From an uncultured virus (IMG/VR IMGVR_UViG_3300031963_011487) (lineage: Duplodnaviria; Heunggongvirae; Uroviricota; Caudoviricetes), in IMG/VR virus record IMGVR_UViG_3300031963_011487: a DNA stretch of 64,000 nt, one strand, 5' to 3'. Position 1 is the first letter of the stretch; every line of letters starts with the position of its first letter. The translations under genes were made by a program, and so were the position numbers. Positions 28,916-38,572 of the stretch are shown piece after piece. The notes beneath the pieces were generated by a model. The model was given only the letters and a program-made list of their open reading frames with translations, did not search any database and was not told the origin of the DNA.

Positions 28916-31507
28916 ATGAATAATACAACAATAGTTACTGCAGTATATTACTCAAATCCTTTATCTATAATGGGCGGTAGAGGATGGAATTTTTCTTATT
29001 ATAAACCAACATTATATGCAATTTCACGATTGGGTACGCAAAAAGTTGTGGTTTATCACGATAAATTTCAAGAACCGGAATTAACAAAATTCGTTCAAGA
29101 ATATAACTTAATAAATTTTGAATTACGACACGTGGAATTAGAAGATCTTCCAAACTATCAAAAAGTTTATTCTTTAAAAGAACGATATGTTAATTTATTC
29201 AATAATGACGCATCAGAATTATATAAACATAATAATAGGTTACATATTCTGTGCTTGTCAAAGTTATGGTTTTTACTGGATACTATTAAACATCGTCAAA
29301 TAGAAGAAACTCCTGTAGTATGGATTGATGCGGGACTGTTTCACCATGCGTTGTTTCCAGAAACATTGGGTGGTGTTGAATTGGCAAGATTTGATTTGGA
29401 AAACTATTATCCAAATAAAAGTACAGCAAAATTTAATGAAGACTTGGGTGATAAGTTATACGACTTACTTGTCAGTGAATCAAAAATATTTGGATATGCA
29501 ACTCAAGTGATACGACTTCCTGTTGAGTGGACTAAAGAAGTAGCTCCAACCGAATTAACTGCAAGTTTAATTGGTGGTTTTTTTGGAGGAGTACCGAGTG
29601 TAATTCATACGTTTGCAGAAAAATTTTATGCACTCGTGGATACTATATTGAATGCTGATGTTGTTCCGTTGGAAGAAGGAATTATGTCCGTGGTACATAC
29701 AACTCATCCTGAACTATTTTATTTAAATACGTTTGATACTTGGTATCACGATGTTCCAACGGATCCATGTTATTTTCTACACTCAGATAATTCAGCACGG
29801 TCTTTTTATAAATCATTTTTTAATTTAATAGAAGAAAAAGAGTCAAGATTAACTAACGTGGAAAAATATTTGGTGCCTGTGTATAAGTCACCTGCACCAT
29901 TTGTATATGAGAAATTTGATTTACCAAATATAGCAGTATATGGCTCCCATAACGCATCAGTTGCAGTTGAATATGGTGGAAAAATTTTGGAAGTGTTGGA
30001 AATTGAAAGATTCTTGAATGTAAAGAACGCAGGTTATACGCAATATTACGTGGCACATTCAAGAAAAAACTTATCAAAACTGATAGTAGACTATTTTCAG
30101 AATAAATATGGTTTCACCGAATACGGTTATTGTTTACATCAACACTGTGAAACAATTGAACACCACGGCAGTGTTAACTATTGGGAAGGATTTCCTGCAA
30201 AAATTCACGTTGAGTGTAAGCACCACGAATCACATGCGGCAGGTACATTTTATCAATCACCATTTCAAAAAGCATTGGTAATCTCGTTTGATGGTGGCGG
30301 TAATGATGGATTTTTTAAAATTTATCTAGCAGAACGAGGAAAACCACTTACTGTTTTACGAGAACATAGACTGGATTTGGGATTTCCATATATGATATTT
30401 GGTGAATATCTTGGCGACATTAAAAAAGAAAATGCACTAAGTTTGGGTAATTTGGTATATGCTGGAAAAATTCTAGGACTACAATCATATGGTAATGTAA
30501 GAACAGATTGGGTAAATGCATTTAAAAAATTATATACTTCTAATATTTCTGGCGGGAATTACGAAGAGCATTTTAAAATTTTATCTGAAGAAATTTCTAT
30601 ACCATTTGATATACAGAATAGATTGATTGATCAAGTTGCATATGATGTAGCTGCTACATCACAGCACGTATTTGAAGAATTATTTTTTGAGTACGTGGAC
30701 GAGGAAATACAATCTCACACAGAACTTCCTATTTGTATAACGGGTGGGTGTGGATTGAATATTGTATTAAATACAAAAATAAACCAAAAATATAATAGAC
30801 CCGTGTTTGTTGGACCAAATCCAAATGATTGTGGGTTAGCGGTGGGTATGCTGGCAAATATGATCATGCCACCGGATTCAATTGACGTAACATACGCAGG
30901 ACCAGAATTACTTGACAAACATCGGTTATCTGAATATGTTGAACGTTATCTTGGAGAATCAATTGAGTTAGATAAATTAGCTACGTTACTTATGCAGGGT
31001 CAAATACTTGGATTTATTACCGGACGGTCGGAGCACGGTCCTCGTGCGTTAGGTAATCGTAGTATTTTATGTAGTCCGTTACTGTCCGATATGAAAGACA
31101 CATTGAATTTAAAAGTAAAACACCGAGAATGGTACAGACCATTTGCTCCTGTAGTTCGTTTAGAAGATGTGTCAGAATATTTTGAATGGGAGGGTGAATC
31201 CAGGTGGATGAGTTTTTGTCCTAAAGTAAAAGAAAAATATAAAAATATCATACCTGCAATTGTTCATGTAGATGGAACTGCGCGGGTACAAACAGTTACA
31301 CGAGAACAGAATCAGAAATTATATGATTTAATTACCGAGTTTAAAAAACTAACTGGCATTGGTGTGTTACTGAATACGTCGTTTAACGTAGACGGTAAAC
31401 CCATTTTATCAACGTTAGGTGACGCATTTAAAGTATTTGAATCCACCGAACTGAGTGGGGTTTATGTGGAAGATTTCTATTTTCATAGAAAAATGGGAGG
31501 TTTGTAG
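28916..31507 (+). CDS. fusion: HtrL/WlaTC-like domain + NodU/CmcH O-carbamoyltransferase
   Basis: N-terminus TIVTA, WIDAG, GGFFGG, EEGIM. C-terminus HHESHAA, DGGG, GGCGLN, EHGPRALGNRS, KHREWYRPFAP, HVDGTARVQTV, LNTSFN. Confidence 0.85.
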   Translation: MNNTTIVTAVYYSNPLSIMGGRGWNFSYYKPTLYAISRLGTQKVVVYHDKFQEPELTKFVQEYNLINFELRHVELEDLPNYQKVYSLKERYVNLFNNDASELYKHNNRLHILCLSKLWFLLDTIKHRQIEETPVVWIDAGLFHHALFPETLGGVELARFDLENYYPNKSTAKFNEDLGDKLYDLLVSESKIFGYATQVIRLPVEWTKEVAPTELTASLIGGFFGGVPSVIHTFAEKFYALVDTILNADVVPLEEGIMSVVHTTHPELFYLNTFDTWYHDVPTDPCYFLHSDNSARSFYKSFFNLIEEKESRLTNVEKYLVPVYKSPAPFVYEKFDLPNIAVYGSHNASVAVEYGGKILEVLEIERFLNVKNAGYTQYYVAHSRKNLSKLIVDYFQNKYGFTEYGYCLHQHCETIEHHGSVNYWEGFPAKIHVECKHHESHAAGTFYQSPFQKALVISFDGGGNDGFFKIYLAERGKPLTVLREHRLDLGFPYMIFGEYLGDIKKENALSLGNLVYAGKILGLQSYGNVRTDWVNAFKKLYTSNISGGNYEEHFKILSEEISIPFDIQNRLIDQVAYDVAATSQHVFEELFFEYVDEEIQSHTELPICITGGCGLNIVLNTKINQKYNRPVFVGPNPNDCGLAVGMLANMIMPPDSIDVTYAGPELLDKHRLSEYVERYLGESIELDKLATLLMQGQILGFITGRSEHGPRALGNRSILCSPLLSDMKDTLNLKVKHREWYRPFAPVVRLEDVSEYFEWEGESRWMSFCPKVKEKYKNIIPAIVHVDGTARVQTVTREQNQKLYDLITEFKKLTGIGVLLNTSFNVDGKPILSTLGDAFKVFESTELSGVYVEDFYFHRKMGGL

Positions 31508-31557
31508 TACCAGGAGTAATATTTAAATCATACGTTTATTACAGGACAAAATAGTTT

Positions 31558-33903
31558 ATGCCATTTAGTACTACAATTTTTAAACAACAAATTTTAGAGT
31601 TCATAACAAAATCGGCCAACAATACAGATGTTAAAATATTAGACATTGGTGCGGGATGTGGTACCTATGCAGATTTACTATCCCCGCAGTTTACTAATAT
31701 TGATGCAATGGAAGTATTTTTTCCCTACGTAGAGCAGTATAATTTACGGGAAAAATATAAAAATGTGTTTATAGAAAACGTAATGCACACCTCGGTAGAT
31801 TTTTCCCAGTATGACTTTATTATTCTGGGAGATATACTGGAGCATCTGAATTTAAACGATTCACGAAGTCTTATACAAAAACTTCTAAATACTTCGGCTG
31901 AATTGATTATTACAGTCCCATTTAACGCACCGCAGGGTACAGTAAATGAAAACGTGCATGAAATTCATTTGCAACCAAAACTTACATTAACTTCCTTCTT
32001 AAGAACACATAAAAAACTTATTCCATTGTGCGTTAGATATGATTATGGGGTTTTTATAAAAAATACTAAACGTACCGAATATACACCTGTATTTTATGAT
32101 CAAATTGAAGATACTATAATTGAAAAATTGCAGTTGGCATTTCCATATAAAAAATTAATTGACACTTATAAACAAGTTACATTACATACGATTGATGAAA
32201 TATTTACAGAGGAAATACCTCAAAATGTTACGATAGTTACTGCGTTATGGGATTTGGGTAGGGAAAGTATATCAGCCGCATTTAAACGGTCATACGAACA
32301 TTACAAAGAAAAATTTGCAGAACTATTGAAAACTCCCGTCAATATGATTATATTTGTTGCACCGGAAGACGAAGAGTTTATCTGGAAACATAGATCACGT
32401 AGTAATACTATGGTCAAGATATTAGAATTAAAAGAATTTAAACTTTGGTTTGAACATTTTAACTCGGTACAACAGATAAGAAAAACGGAATCTTGGTATT
32501 CTCAAGCAAGTTGGCTTAAAGAATCCCCGCAAGCAACGTTGGAGTATTACAATCCTGTTGTTATGAGTAAGATGTTTATGTTAAACAATGCCACGATATT
32601 TAATCCGTTTGACACGGAATATTTCTTTTGGCTTGATGCGGGAATTACATCAACTGTACATCCTGGATATTTTACACATGACAAAGTATTAAATAATTTA
32701 TCAACTTATGTGGAGAGCTTAAATCAATTTTTATTTTTGTCATATCCATATACGGATGGAACCGAGATTCATGGATTTGACAGAAAAGAAATTACAAAAT
32801 ATTGTGAAGTAACCCACGTTAACTATGTGTGTCGTGGTGGATTTTTTGGTGGTAAAAAATCTCTTATCAACAAAATTAATGGATTATATTATGCAGTATT
32901 GACAGATACTTTACAAAAACAATTGATGGGGACAGAAGAAAGTATATTTACTATTCTGGCACATCAATATCCGGAGTTCATATATTGTTATGAATTGCTG
33001 GAAGATGGATTAGTTTGGAGATTTTTTGAAAAATTAAAAGATGTAAAAGAACTAACCAACAGCATTCATAGAGTTATTACACCAAAAACAGCAAAAACAA
33101 ATTTATACGTATTGGGATTCAATTCACCGAATCAGTTTAAATCAGTGTGTGAATCAATAAAACAGAACGATCCTGATATGTTCGTCTTAAGTAGAAAGAT
33201 ACTAATAAACAATTCTATTGACACGACACTATTTCCAGAATATGATGAATTATGTACCATGTATGGATTTGAAGAAATTCATAGAGAAAATTTGGGTGTG
33301 TGCGGTGGACGACAATTTGCTGCAGAACACTTTGATGAATCTGACGCGGATTTTTCTATGTTTTTTGAAGACGATATGCACGTCAATGGCAAAGACACTG
33401 CCGATAAATTATGTAAGTGCGGATTGACACAATATGTTCCTAATCTGTATACCTCAATTGTAAAGATCATGCTCAAAGAAAAGTTTGATTTCTTAAAATT
33501 CTCATTTTCAGAATTTTATGGGGATAACAGTAAGCAATGGGCGTGGTATAATGTGCCGCAAGAAATCAGAACACAGACGTGGCCATCGTACGATAAATTA
33601 CCAGAGACAGGATTGGATCCAAATTCACCATATACACGTTTTTACAATATAAAAGTATTAGACGGGGTTGCTTATGCAACAGGAGAAGTATACTATAGCA
33701 ATTGGCCTCAAATTGTTAGTAAAGAAGGAAATAGAAAGATGTTTTTAGAAACACGATGGGCATTTCCGTATGAACAAACGTGGATGAGTCACATTTTTCA
33801 AGAAACATTAAATGGGAATATTAATCCTGGTATATTGGTGGCAAGTCCAATCACCCACGACCGAGTAGAGTTTTATCCGGCAGAAGAACGTAGAGAAAAC
33901 TAA
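31558..33903 (+). CDS. fusion: class I SAM methyltransferase + HtrL/WlaTC-like + GT2-like domain
   Basis: LDIGAGCG...DILEH (methyltransferase); TIVTALWDLGR...RSYEHY...FWLDAG...GGFFGG...TEES (HtrL); ENLGVCGGR...FFEDD (GT-A fold). Confidence 0.75.
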   Translation: MPFSTTIFKQQILEFITKSANNTDVKILDIGAGCGTYADLLSPQFTNIDAMEVFFPYVEQYNLREKYKNVFIENVMHTSVDFSQYDFIILGDILEHLNLNDSRSLIQKLLNTSAELIITVPFNAPQGTVNENVHEIHLQPKLTLTSFLRTHKKLIPLCVRYDYGVFIKNTKRTEYTPVFYDQIEDTIIEKLQLAFPYKKLIDTYKQVTLHTIDEIFTEEIPQNVTIVTALWDLGRESISAAFKRSYEHYKEKFAELLKTPVNMIIFVAPEDEEFIWKHRSRSNTMVKILELKEFKLWFEHFNSVQQIRKTESWYSQASWLKESPQATLEYYNPVVMSKMFMLNNATIFNPFDTEYFFWLDAGITSTVHPGYFTHDKVLNNLSTYVESLNQFLFLSYPYTDGTEIHGFDRKEITKYCEVTHVNYVCRGGFFGGKKSLINKINGLYYAVLTDTLQKQLMGTEESIFTILAHQYPEFIYCYELLEDGLVWRFFEKLKDVKELTNSIHRVITPKTAKTNLYVLGFNSPNQFKSVCESIKQNDPDMFVLSRKILINNSIDTTLFPEYDELCTMYGFEEIHRENLGVCGGRQFAAEHFDESDADFSMFFEDDMHVNGKDTADKLCKCGLTQYVPNLYTSIVKIMLKEKFDFLKFSFSEFYGDNSKQWAWYNVPQEIRTQTWPSYDKLPETGLDPNSPYTRFYNIKVLDGVAYATGEVYYSNWPQIVSKEGNRKMFLETRWAFPYEQTWMSHIFQETLNGNINPGILVASPITHDRVEFYPAEERREN

Positions 33904-33913
33904 ACATACAAAA

Positions 33914-33921
33914 TATTTATA
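33914..33921 (+). promoter_or_regulatory. putative late promoter TATTTATA
   Basis: 32 nt upstream of ATG 33946. Confidence 0.6.
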
Positions 33922-33945
33922 TAGGTATACTTTTTAAAGGACATT

Positions 33946-34806
33946 ATGGGATTAGCAGATCATATTAGGGATGGCGCTTCATTAATTAGAGAGAACGTAA
34001 CATTACAAGCAAACGCATCTAATTCAGGATCCATTGAATTAGGTTCCGCGTATATGTTACTAACCTTACAGTCAAATATTCCATGTAGATTGCGTTTATA
34101 CGATAATTTACAGAGTAGGGATGACGCTACTGAAAAAATAAGACCGTTTACCACCAATTTTGTACCAAACAATATTGCACTAATCGGCGATTTTAGTATG
34201 AGTGTAGCAGGAACATATAAAATTGATCCAGCTACATACGGCGTGGTTGCCACCGCCAGTAATAAATTAACTTATTATAGAATAGATAATAATACAAGTA
34301 CTCCAACAATAGTATTTAATAGATATTTATTGGAAGATTCTACGGTAAATACCATCAATCGGATAACAGTCCCCTATATACAATCGTTGGTAACCACGGG
34401 AACATTTGTAACGGGAACTTTAAGTGATCCTACAGTTCCACGAACCTATTTATTGGTGAGTGCATCTCTATCGGGGTCGGGAACCCGAGCAAGAATACGT
34501 CTATATAGTAGATCAAATGTGTTTTCAAATACTACAGAAATTTCCAGATCATTTGCCACAGAATCTTTGGGAAGTACTGGATTAATTATTGATGCAATAT
34601 TATCTGGTAGTCAAACTACCTATTTTGTTCCAAAAATTGTAGGTTCAAATTTAGATACAATCGGATCCGATCTAGTTGCAATTAGAAGTAATGAAGCGGC
34701 AATCATGGGAGAAAATGAAATGTATTATATACTTGAAAATCTTGCATCAACTCCCGGTACTACCAATATTAAAGTATCGTTGCACGTATTTTCTCTAGAG
34801 AGTTGA
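33946..34806 (+). CDS. putative structural protein with internal duplication
   Basis: Two similar halves (YMLL...RLRLY...RPF / YLLV...RIRLY...RSF); preceded by the late-type motif. Confidence 0.55.
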   Translation: MGLADHIRDGASLIRENVTLQANASNSGSIELGSAYMLLTLQSNIPCRLRLYDNLQSRDDATEKIRPFTTNFVPNNIALIGDFSMSVAGTYKIDPATYGVVATASNKLTYYRIDNNTSTPTIVFNRYLLEDSTVNTINRITVPYIQSLVTTGTFVTGTLSDPTVPRTYLLVSASLSGSGTRARIRLYSRSNVFSNTTEISRSFATESLGSTGLIIDAILSGSQTTYFVPKIVGSNLDTIGSDLVAIRSNEAAIMGENEMYYILENLASTPGTTNIKVSLHVFSLES

Positions 34807-34807
34807 T

Positions 34808-35047
34808 ATGATTAATGTATACCCGTATGCATCCGGTTCACTGTACACTTCATCATTTGCAATAACATCATCATATGCAATATCCGCAAGTTTCATAAAT
34901 AACGTAGTTACAGCATCAAAAGCAGACCGAGTACTATATCCTCAATCAGGATCACGAGGAATAGGAATCTGTCTTCTTAGTACAGAACAATATTATCAAA
35001 TTTCTGGCTCAGCAACCCGTGTAGAATTGTGCGACTTTTCAGATTAA
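34808..35047 (+). CDS. small Ser-rich putative structural protein
   Basis: SSFA/SSYA/ASF repeats like those in the fibre array. Confidence 0.5.
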   Translation: MINVYPYASGSLYTSSFAITSSYAISASFINNVVTASKADRVLYPQSGSRGIGICLLSTEQYYQISGSATRVELCDFSD

Positions 35048-35058
35048 GAGTATAAAAT

Positions 35059-35268
35059 ATGACGATTGAATTTACTCCCGGTGGTACTTATATAAGTGGT
35101 TCTTATTCAATAGGTTCACGATTGACTATGACTACTTCGCCCGGTGGTAAGCCAATTACTGCATCATTTGCTCAATTTGCAAGTGAAAGTATAGGACCGC
35201 AAGGCCCTCCATATAAAATTATCGGCGACGGATACGATACAACTAAAGTACAAATTATTAATGTGTAA
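35059..35268 (+). CDS. small putative structural protein
   Basis: ASFA and GPQGPP motifs; operon packing. Confidence 0.5.
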   Translation: MTIEFTPGGTYISGSYSIGSRLTMTTSPGGKPITASFAQFASESIGPQGPPYKIIGDGYDTTKVQIINV

Positions 35269-35284
35269 ATAATCGGAGTTTTGT

Positions 35285-38200
35285 GTGAGTACATTTTTTC
35301 CTTTTGGTATACCATCAACAAGTTCATATGTAGAGTCATCCAGTTACGCACATGAGGTAATTGCTCCTGCTGGAACTGCCGCACATGCATTAGTTGCCAA
35401 TTACGCTCCCCCCGGAACTCCAGGATTAGCTGCAACTGGATGTCCACCGGGATATTTTCTTGCCGATACCGCATCACTGGCACCGAAGGTTAGAAATTAT
35501 GTACTGTGTTATAAAGGGCCAAGTCCAACACCAACACCTACGAGTACATTCAGTCCAACCGTTACGCCAACAACTACGTTGACGCCAACACATACTAAAA
35601 CCACCACACCATCTAGCACAGTAACCCCAACGTTTACCCCAACGCTTACCCCAACGTTTACGGTAACACCAACCTTTACGCCAACATTTACCCCAACGTT
35701 TACGGTAACACCAACCTTTACGCCAACATTTACCCCAACGTTTACCCCAACCACAACGACAACTCCGACATTTACGTCTACAAATACACCCACAAACACA
35801 CCGACTCCAACGGTAACTCCAACAGTAACCCCAACGCTTACCCCAACGTTTACGGTAACACCAACCTTTACGCCAACATTTACCCCAACGTTTACGGTAA
35901 CACCAACCTCTACGGTTACTCCCACCCTTACTCGTACGCCAACATTTACACCAACTCCAACAATTACGCCGACATTTACACCAACGACAACCCCGACGAT
36001 TACTAGATCGCCAACAGTAACACCGTGTCCGTGCGTAGAAGTTCCAGGATTATATAAAAGTAGCGGTGGTACGCTTACCGATTATTGTAACACCCCAACA
36101 AACAATACCAAGTTTTATAAAGATTGCTTTGGTAAAATTTATTTACAGAGTAATTGTACTACCGGATTTACTGGATTTTTTGAAAGCGGAAGTGTATTAT
36201 ATCCTTACGCATATACATCATCCGTGGGTATTATTAGTCCAACGGTACAGCAGTGTCCGTCAGCAACCCCTACCAATACACCAACTACCACGACTACGCC
36301 AACGGTAACCCCTACATACACAATTACCAGTACCGTTACACCAACGCCAACCGTCACTCCTACATTTACACCAACTAATACGCCAACATTTACACCAACG
36401 CCGTCTGTTACTCCTACATTTACACCAACTAATACACCATCCGTTACCACAACGCCATCTGTTACCCCACAGGTCACTCCAAGTTTTACACCAACTACTA
36501 CGCCGTCCGTTACAACCACACCATCTATCACACCTCCGGTCACTCCAAGTTTTACACCAACTACTACGCCATCGGTTACTACAACGCCGTCTGTTACCCC
36601 ACCGGTCACTCCAAGTTTTACACCAACTACTACGCCATCGGTTACTACAACGCCGTCTGTTACTCCTACAGTTACACCAACTACTACGCCATCGGTTACT
36701 ACAACGCCGTCTGTTACCCCACCGGTCACTCCAAGTTTTACACCAACTACTACGCCATCGGTTACTACAACGCCGTCTGTTACTCCTACAGTTACACCAA
36801 CACGTACAGTTACCCCATCAATTACACCGTCGCCATCGGAAATTGTGTTTGCAAATTGGGGGAAAGGGTTTGGAACACAAGGAGATCTAGATTCCCGTGT
36901 ACTAGGTACCTGCGTTGTTGGAAACTATATGGTGACGGCAACGTATTACATTGAATATGCAAGTATTCTTGAATTAGTCGTACAGAATACGTCAAATGGT
37001 ACATTGGTGAGAACTACAAGAATAACCTTACCTACAGGCTTTTTTATAAACGAACAAACATTTGACCACGAGAAGAATGAATCCACGTCGATGATTCCGA
37101 TTGCAGGAACAGAAATATTTGGTCATATAAAAGTGTATGATACAGTTGGACTGTCTTATGTAACCTTCCGATTTAATTATAATGTAACAAGTGGAGTAGT
37201 GTATGCAGACGTAGAAACATTTATGTCAAGAGGAACTCCCGCAAATCCAACTTCAATATTGTATGATGGACAAAATACGTTCCGTACAGGACTCACAAAT
37301 TGGAGTCAAGGTGGTGTTAGATATGGGTGGGGGTATATTAACTGGGGATCGGGTACAAGTGAAATATCTGATTATCCTGGAAATAATAGTGGTGCAGTTG
37401 TTATGTTCGGAAAAAATTCTAATAACCAGCCGTTTCGTCCATACGGAGTGGGCGTATATGCACCTGCTACATTATGGGTGGCTGGCATGTTGGGGGATGG
37501 TGTTAATACCTTCTATCCCGCATTTGGAGATTATTATCTAGGATACGGAAATTTTCATACTTGTTGGTATAATCCAACGATGACAGGATGGATACCCCGA
37601 GTTACGAAAATGATAGGATCGGAGTTGTATGTAGTATTCAGACGAGGTGAGTCACTCTATGGCAATGCTGATCAGGATAGTGGAGTTATAGTAGCAAAGT
37701 TTTATAATCCAGCAGGTGCATATGCGTTTGAAGGAGGAATGCAATGTGCTTGGGCAACCCTTATAAGTACTTATCACGCCTCTGACGAAGCTGGATATGT
37801 CTCGTCTGGCGGAGCAGCCTTGCAAGGAAGACGACAACAATCGTTACAATACGTAAATGGTGTCATAGAAGTTTCGTTTAACGTTATACTGGACAATTTC
37901 GACCGACGATATAATGCGATGCAATTTTTTACTCTGGATTTAAATGGAACGGTACTAGGTGGTAAACGACTCAGAATAGAACCATCTGGCGGATTAAACA
38001 CTTCGGATGCATTATATAATATTTTTACCGGACCACTTGCACATAGAACATCAACTCACTGGCACATGGCGTTACCATTATATAACACATACCCAGGATC
38101 ATCGAGTAGTGCACACAAAGTAACAACTCACAAATGGGATGGTGGTTCAGCAACCCGTAACACGACTTTCGTATTTTCACAATTAACATCGTGGCTTGCA

Positions 38201-38338
38201 CAGGACTACACATTTGCATTTAATTTAAATACAGCACCATTGCCTGCAATCACTGCGTATCCAGGTTCCTATATGCCCACCATTGGTACGGTAACTAGTT
38301 ACTCAACATTTGCAACACCTTTTGATAATATGTATTAA
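35285..38338 (+). CDS. mucin-like Thr/Pro-rich protein with C-terminal globular domain
   Basis: Two long TPTx/TPSx tracts separated by a 6-Cys domain, then about 500 aa of aromatic/Gly-rich beta sequence. GGAG RBS before a GTG start; no signal peptide visible. Confidence 0.75.
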   Translation: MSTFFPFGIPSTSSYVESSSYAHEVIAPAGTAAHALVANYAPPGTPGLAATGCPPGYFLADTASLAPKVRNYVLCYKGPSPTPTPTSTFSPTVTPTTTLTPTHTKTTTPSSTVTPTFTPTLTPTFTVTPTFTPTFTPTFTVTPTFTPTFTPTFTPTTTTTPTFTSTNTPTNTPTPTVTPTVTPTLTPTFTVTPTFTPTFTPTFTVTPTSTVTPTLTRTPTFTPTPTITPTFTPTTTPTITRSPTVTPCPCVEVPGLYKSSGGTLTDYCNTPTNNTKFYKDCFGKIYLQSNCTTGFTGFFESGSVLYPYAYTSSVGIISPTVQQCPSATPTNTPTTTTTPTVTPTYTITSTVTPTPTVTPTFTPTNTPTFTPTPSVTPTFTPTNTPSVTTTPSVTPQVTPSFTPTTTPSVTTTPSITPPVTPSFTPTTTPSVTTTPSVTPPVTPSFTPTTTPSVTTTPSVTPTVTPTTTPSVTTTPSVTPPVTPSFTPTTTPSVTTTPSVTPTVTPTRTVTPSITPSPSEIVFANWGKGFGTQGDLDSRVLGTCVVGNYMVTATYYIEYASILELVVQNTSNGTLVRTTRITLPTGFFINEQTFDHEKNESTSMIPIAGTEIFGHIKVYDTVGLSYVTFRFNYNVTSGVVYADVETFMSRGTPANPTSILYDGQNTFRTGLTNWSQGGVRYGWGYINWGSGTSEISDYPGNNSGAVVMFGKNSNNQPFRPYGVGVYAPATLWVAGMLGDGVNTFYPAFGDYYLGYGNFHTCWYNPTMTGWIPRVTKMIGSELYVVFRRGESLYGNADQDSGVIVAKFYNPAGAYAFEGGMQCAWATLISTYHASDEAGYVSSGGAALQGRRQQSLQYVNGVIEVSFNVILDNFDRRYNAMQFFTLDLNGTVLGGKRLRIEPSGGLNTSDALYNIFTGPLAHRTSTHWHMALPLYNTYPGSSSSAHKVTTHKWDGGSATRNTTFVFSQLTSWLAQDYTFAFNLNTAPLPAITAYPGSYMPTIGTVTSYSTFATPFDNMY
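35519..36025 (+). repeat. coding tandem repeat tract 1 (TPT[FVL])n
   Basis: Tetrapeptide periodicity; 82-bp exact copy, 35636-35717 = 35828-35909. Confidence 0.9.
36260..36838 (+). repeat. coding tandem repeat tract 2 (TTTPSVTTTPSVTPxVTPSFTP units)
   Basis: Exact duplication with 120-bp period, 36552-36681 = 36672-36801. Confidence 0.9.
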
Positions 38339-38347
38339 AATTTATTT

Positions 38348-38572
38348 ATGACTACTAAACAAGTTACATTAGACGTTCCGTTAGCCTTACAGAACTTAAT
38401 TAAAGCAAATAATACGTTGTTAAAAACCTATCAACGACAGTTAATGCAAGAAATAGAAGACGCCAATGCACAAATGATGCAGATACTGAAGTTAAATCCA
38501 GATGCCGGATGGAAGTTAGACATGGAAAATATGATGTATGTTCGTCCATCCGAGACAGTCGTTGAGGAATAA
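38348..38572 (+). CDS. small helical hypothetical protein
   Basis: 74-aa ORF; its stop overlaps the helicase start (TAATG). Confidence 0.6.
   Translation: MTTKQVTLDVPLALQNLIKANNTLLKTYQRQLMQEIEDANAQMMQILKLNPDAGWKLDMENMMYVRPSETVVEE

Noticed and set aside
35519..36838. Tandem repeats as a CRISPR array or non-coding satellite
   Set aside because: Unit lengths are multiples of 3, lie in frame in one CDS and have no unique spacers; no cas genes are present.
35519..36838. Ice-binding TxT array interpretation of the Thr repeats
   Set aside because: Proline at about every fourth residue is a poor fit for the beta-solenoid of TxT antifreeze proteins; an extended mucin-like stalk fits better.
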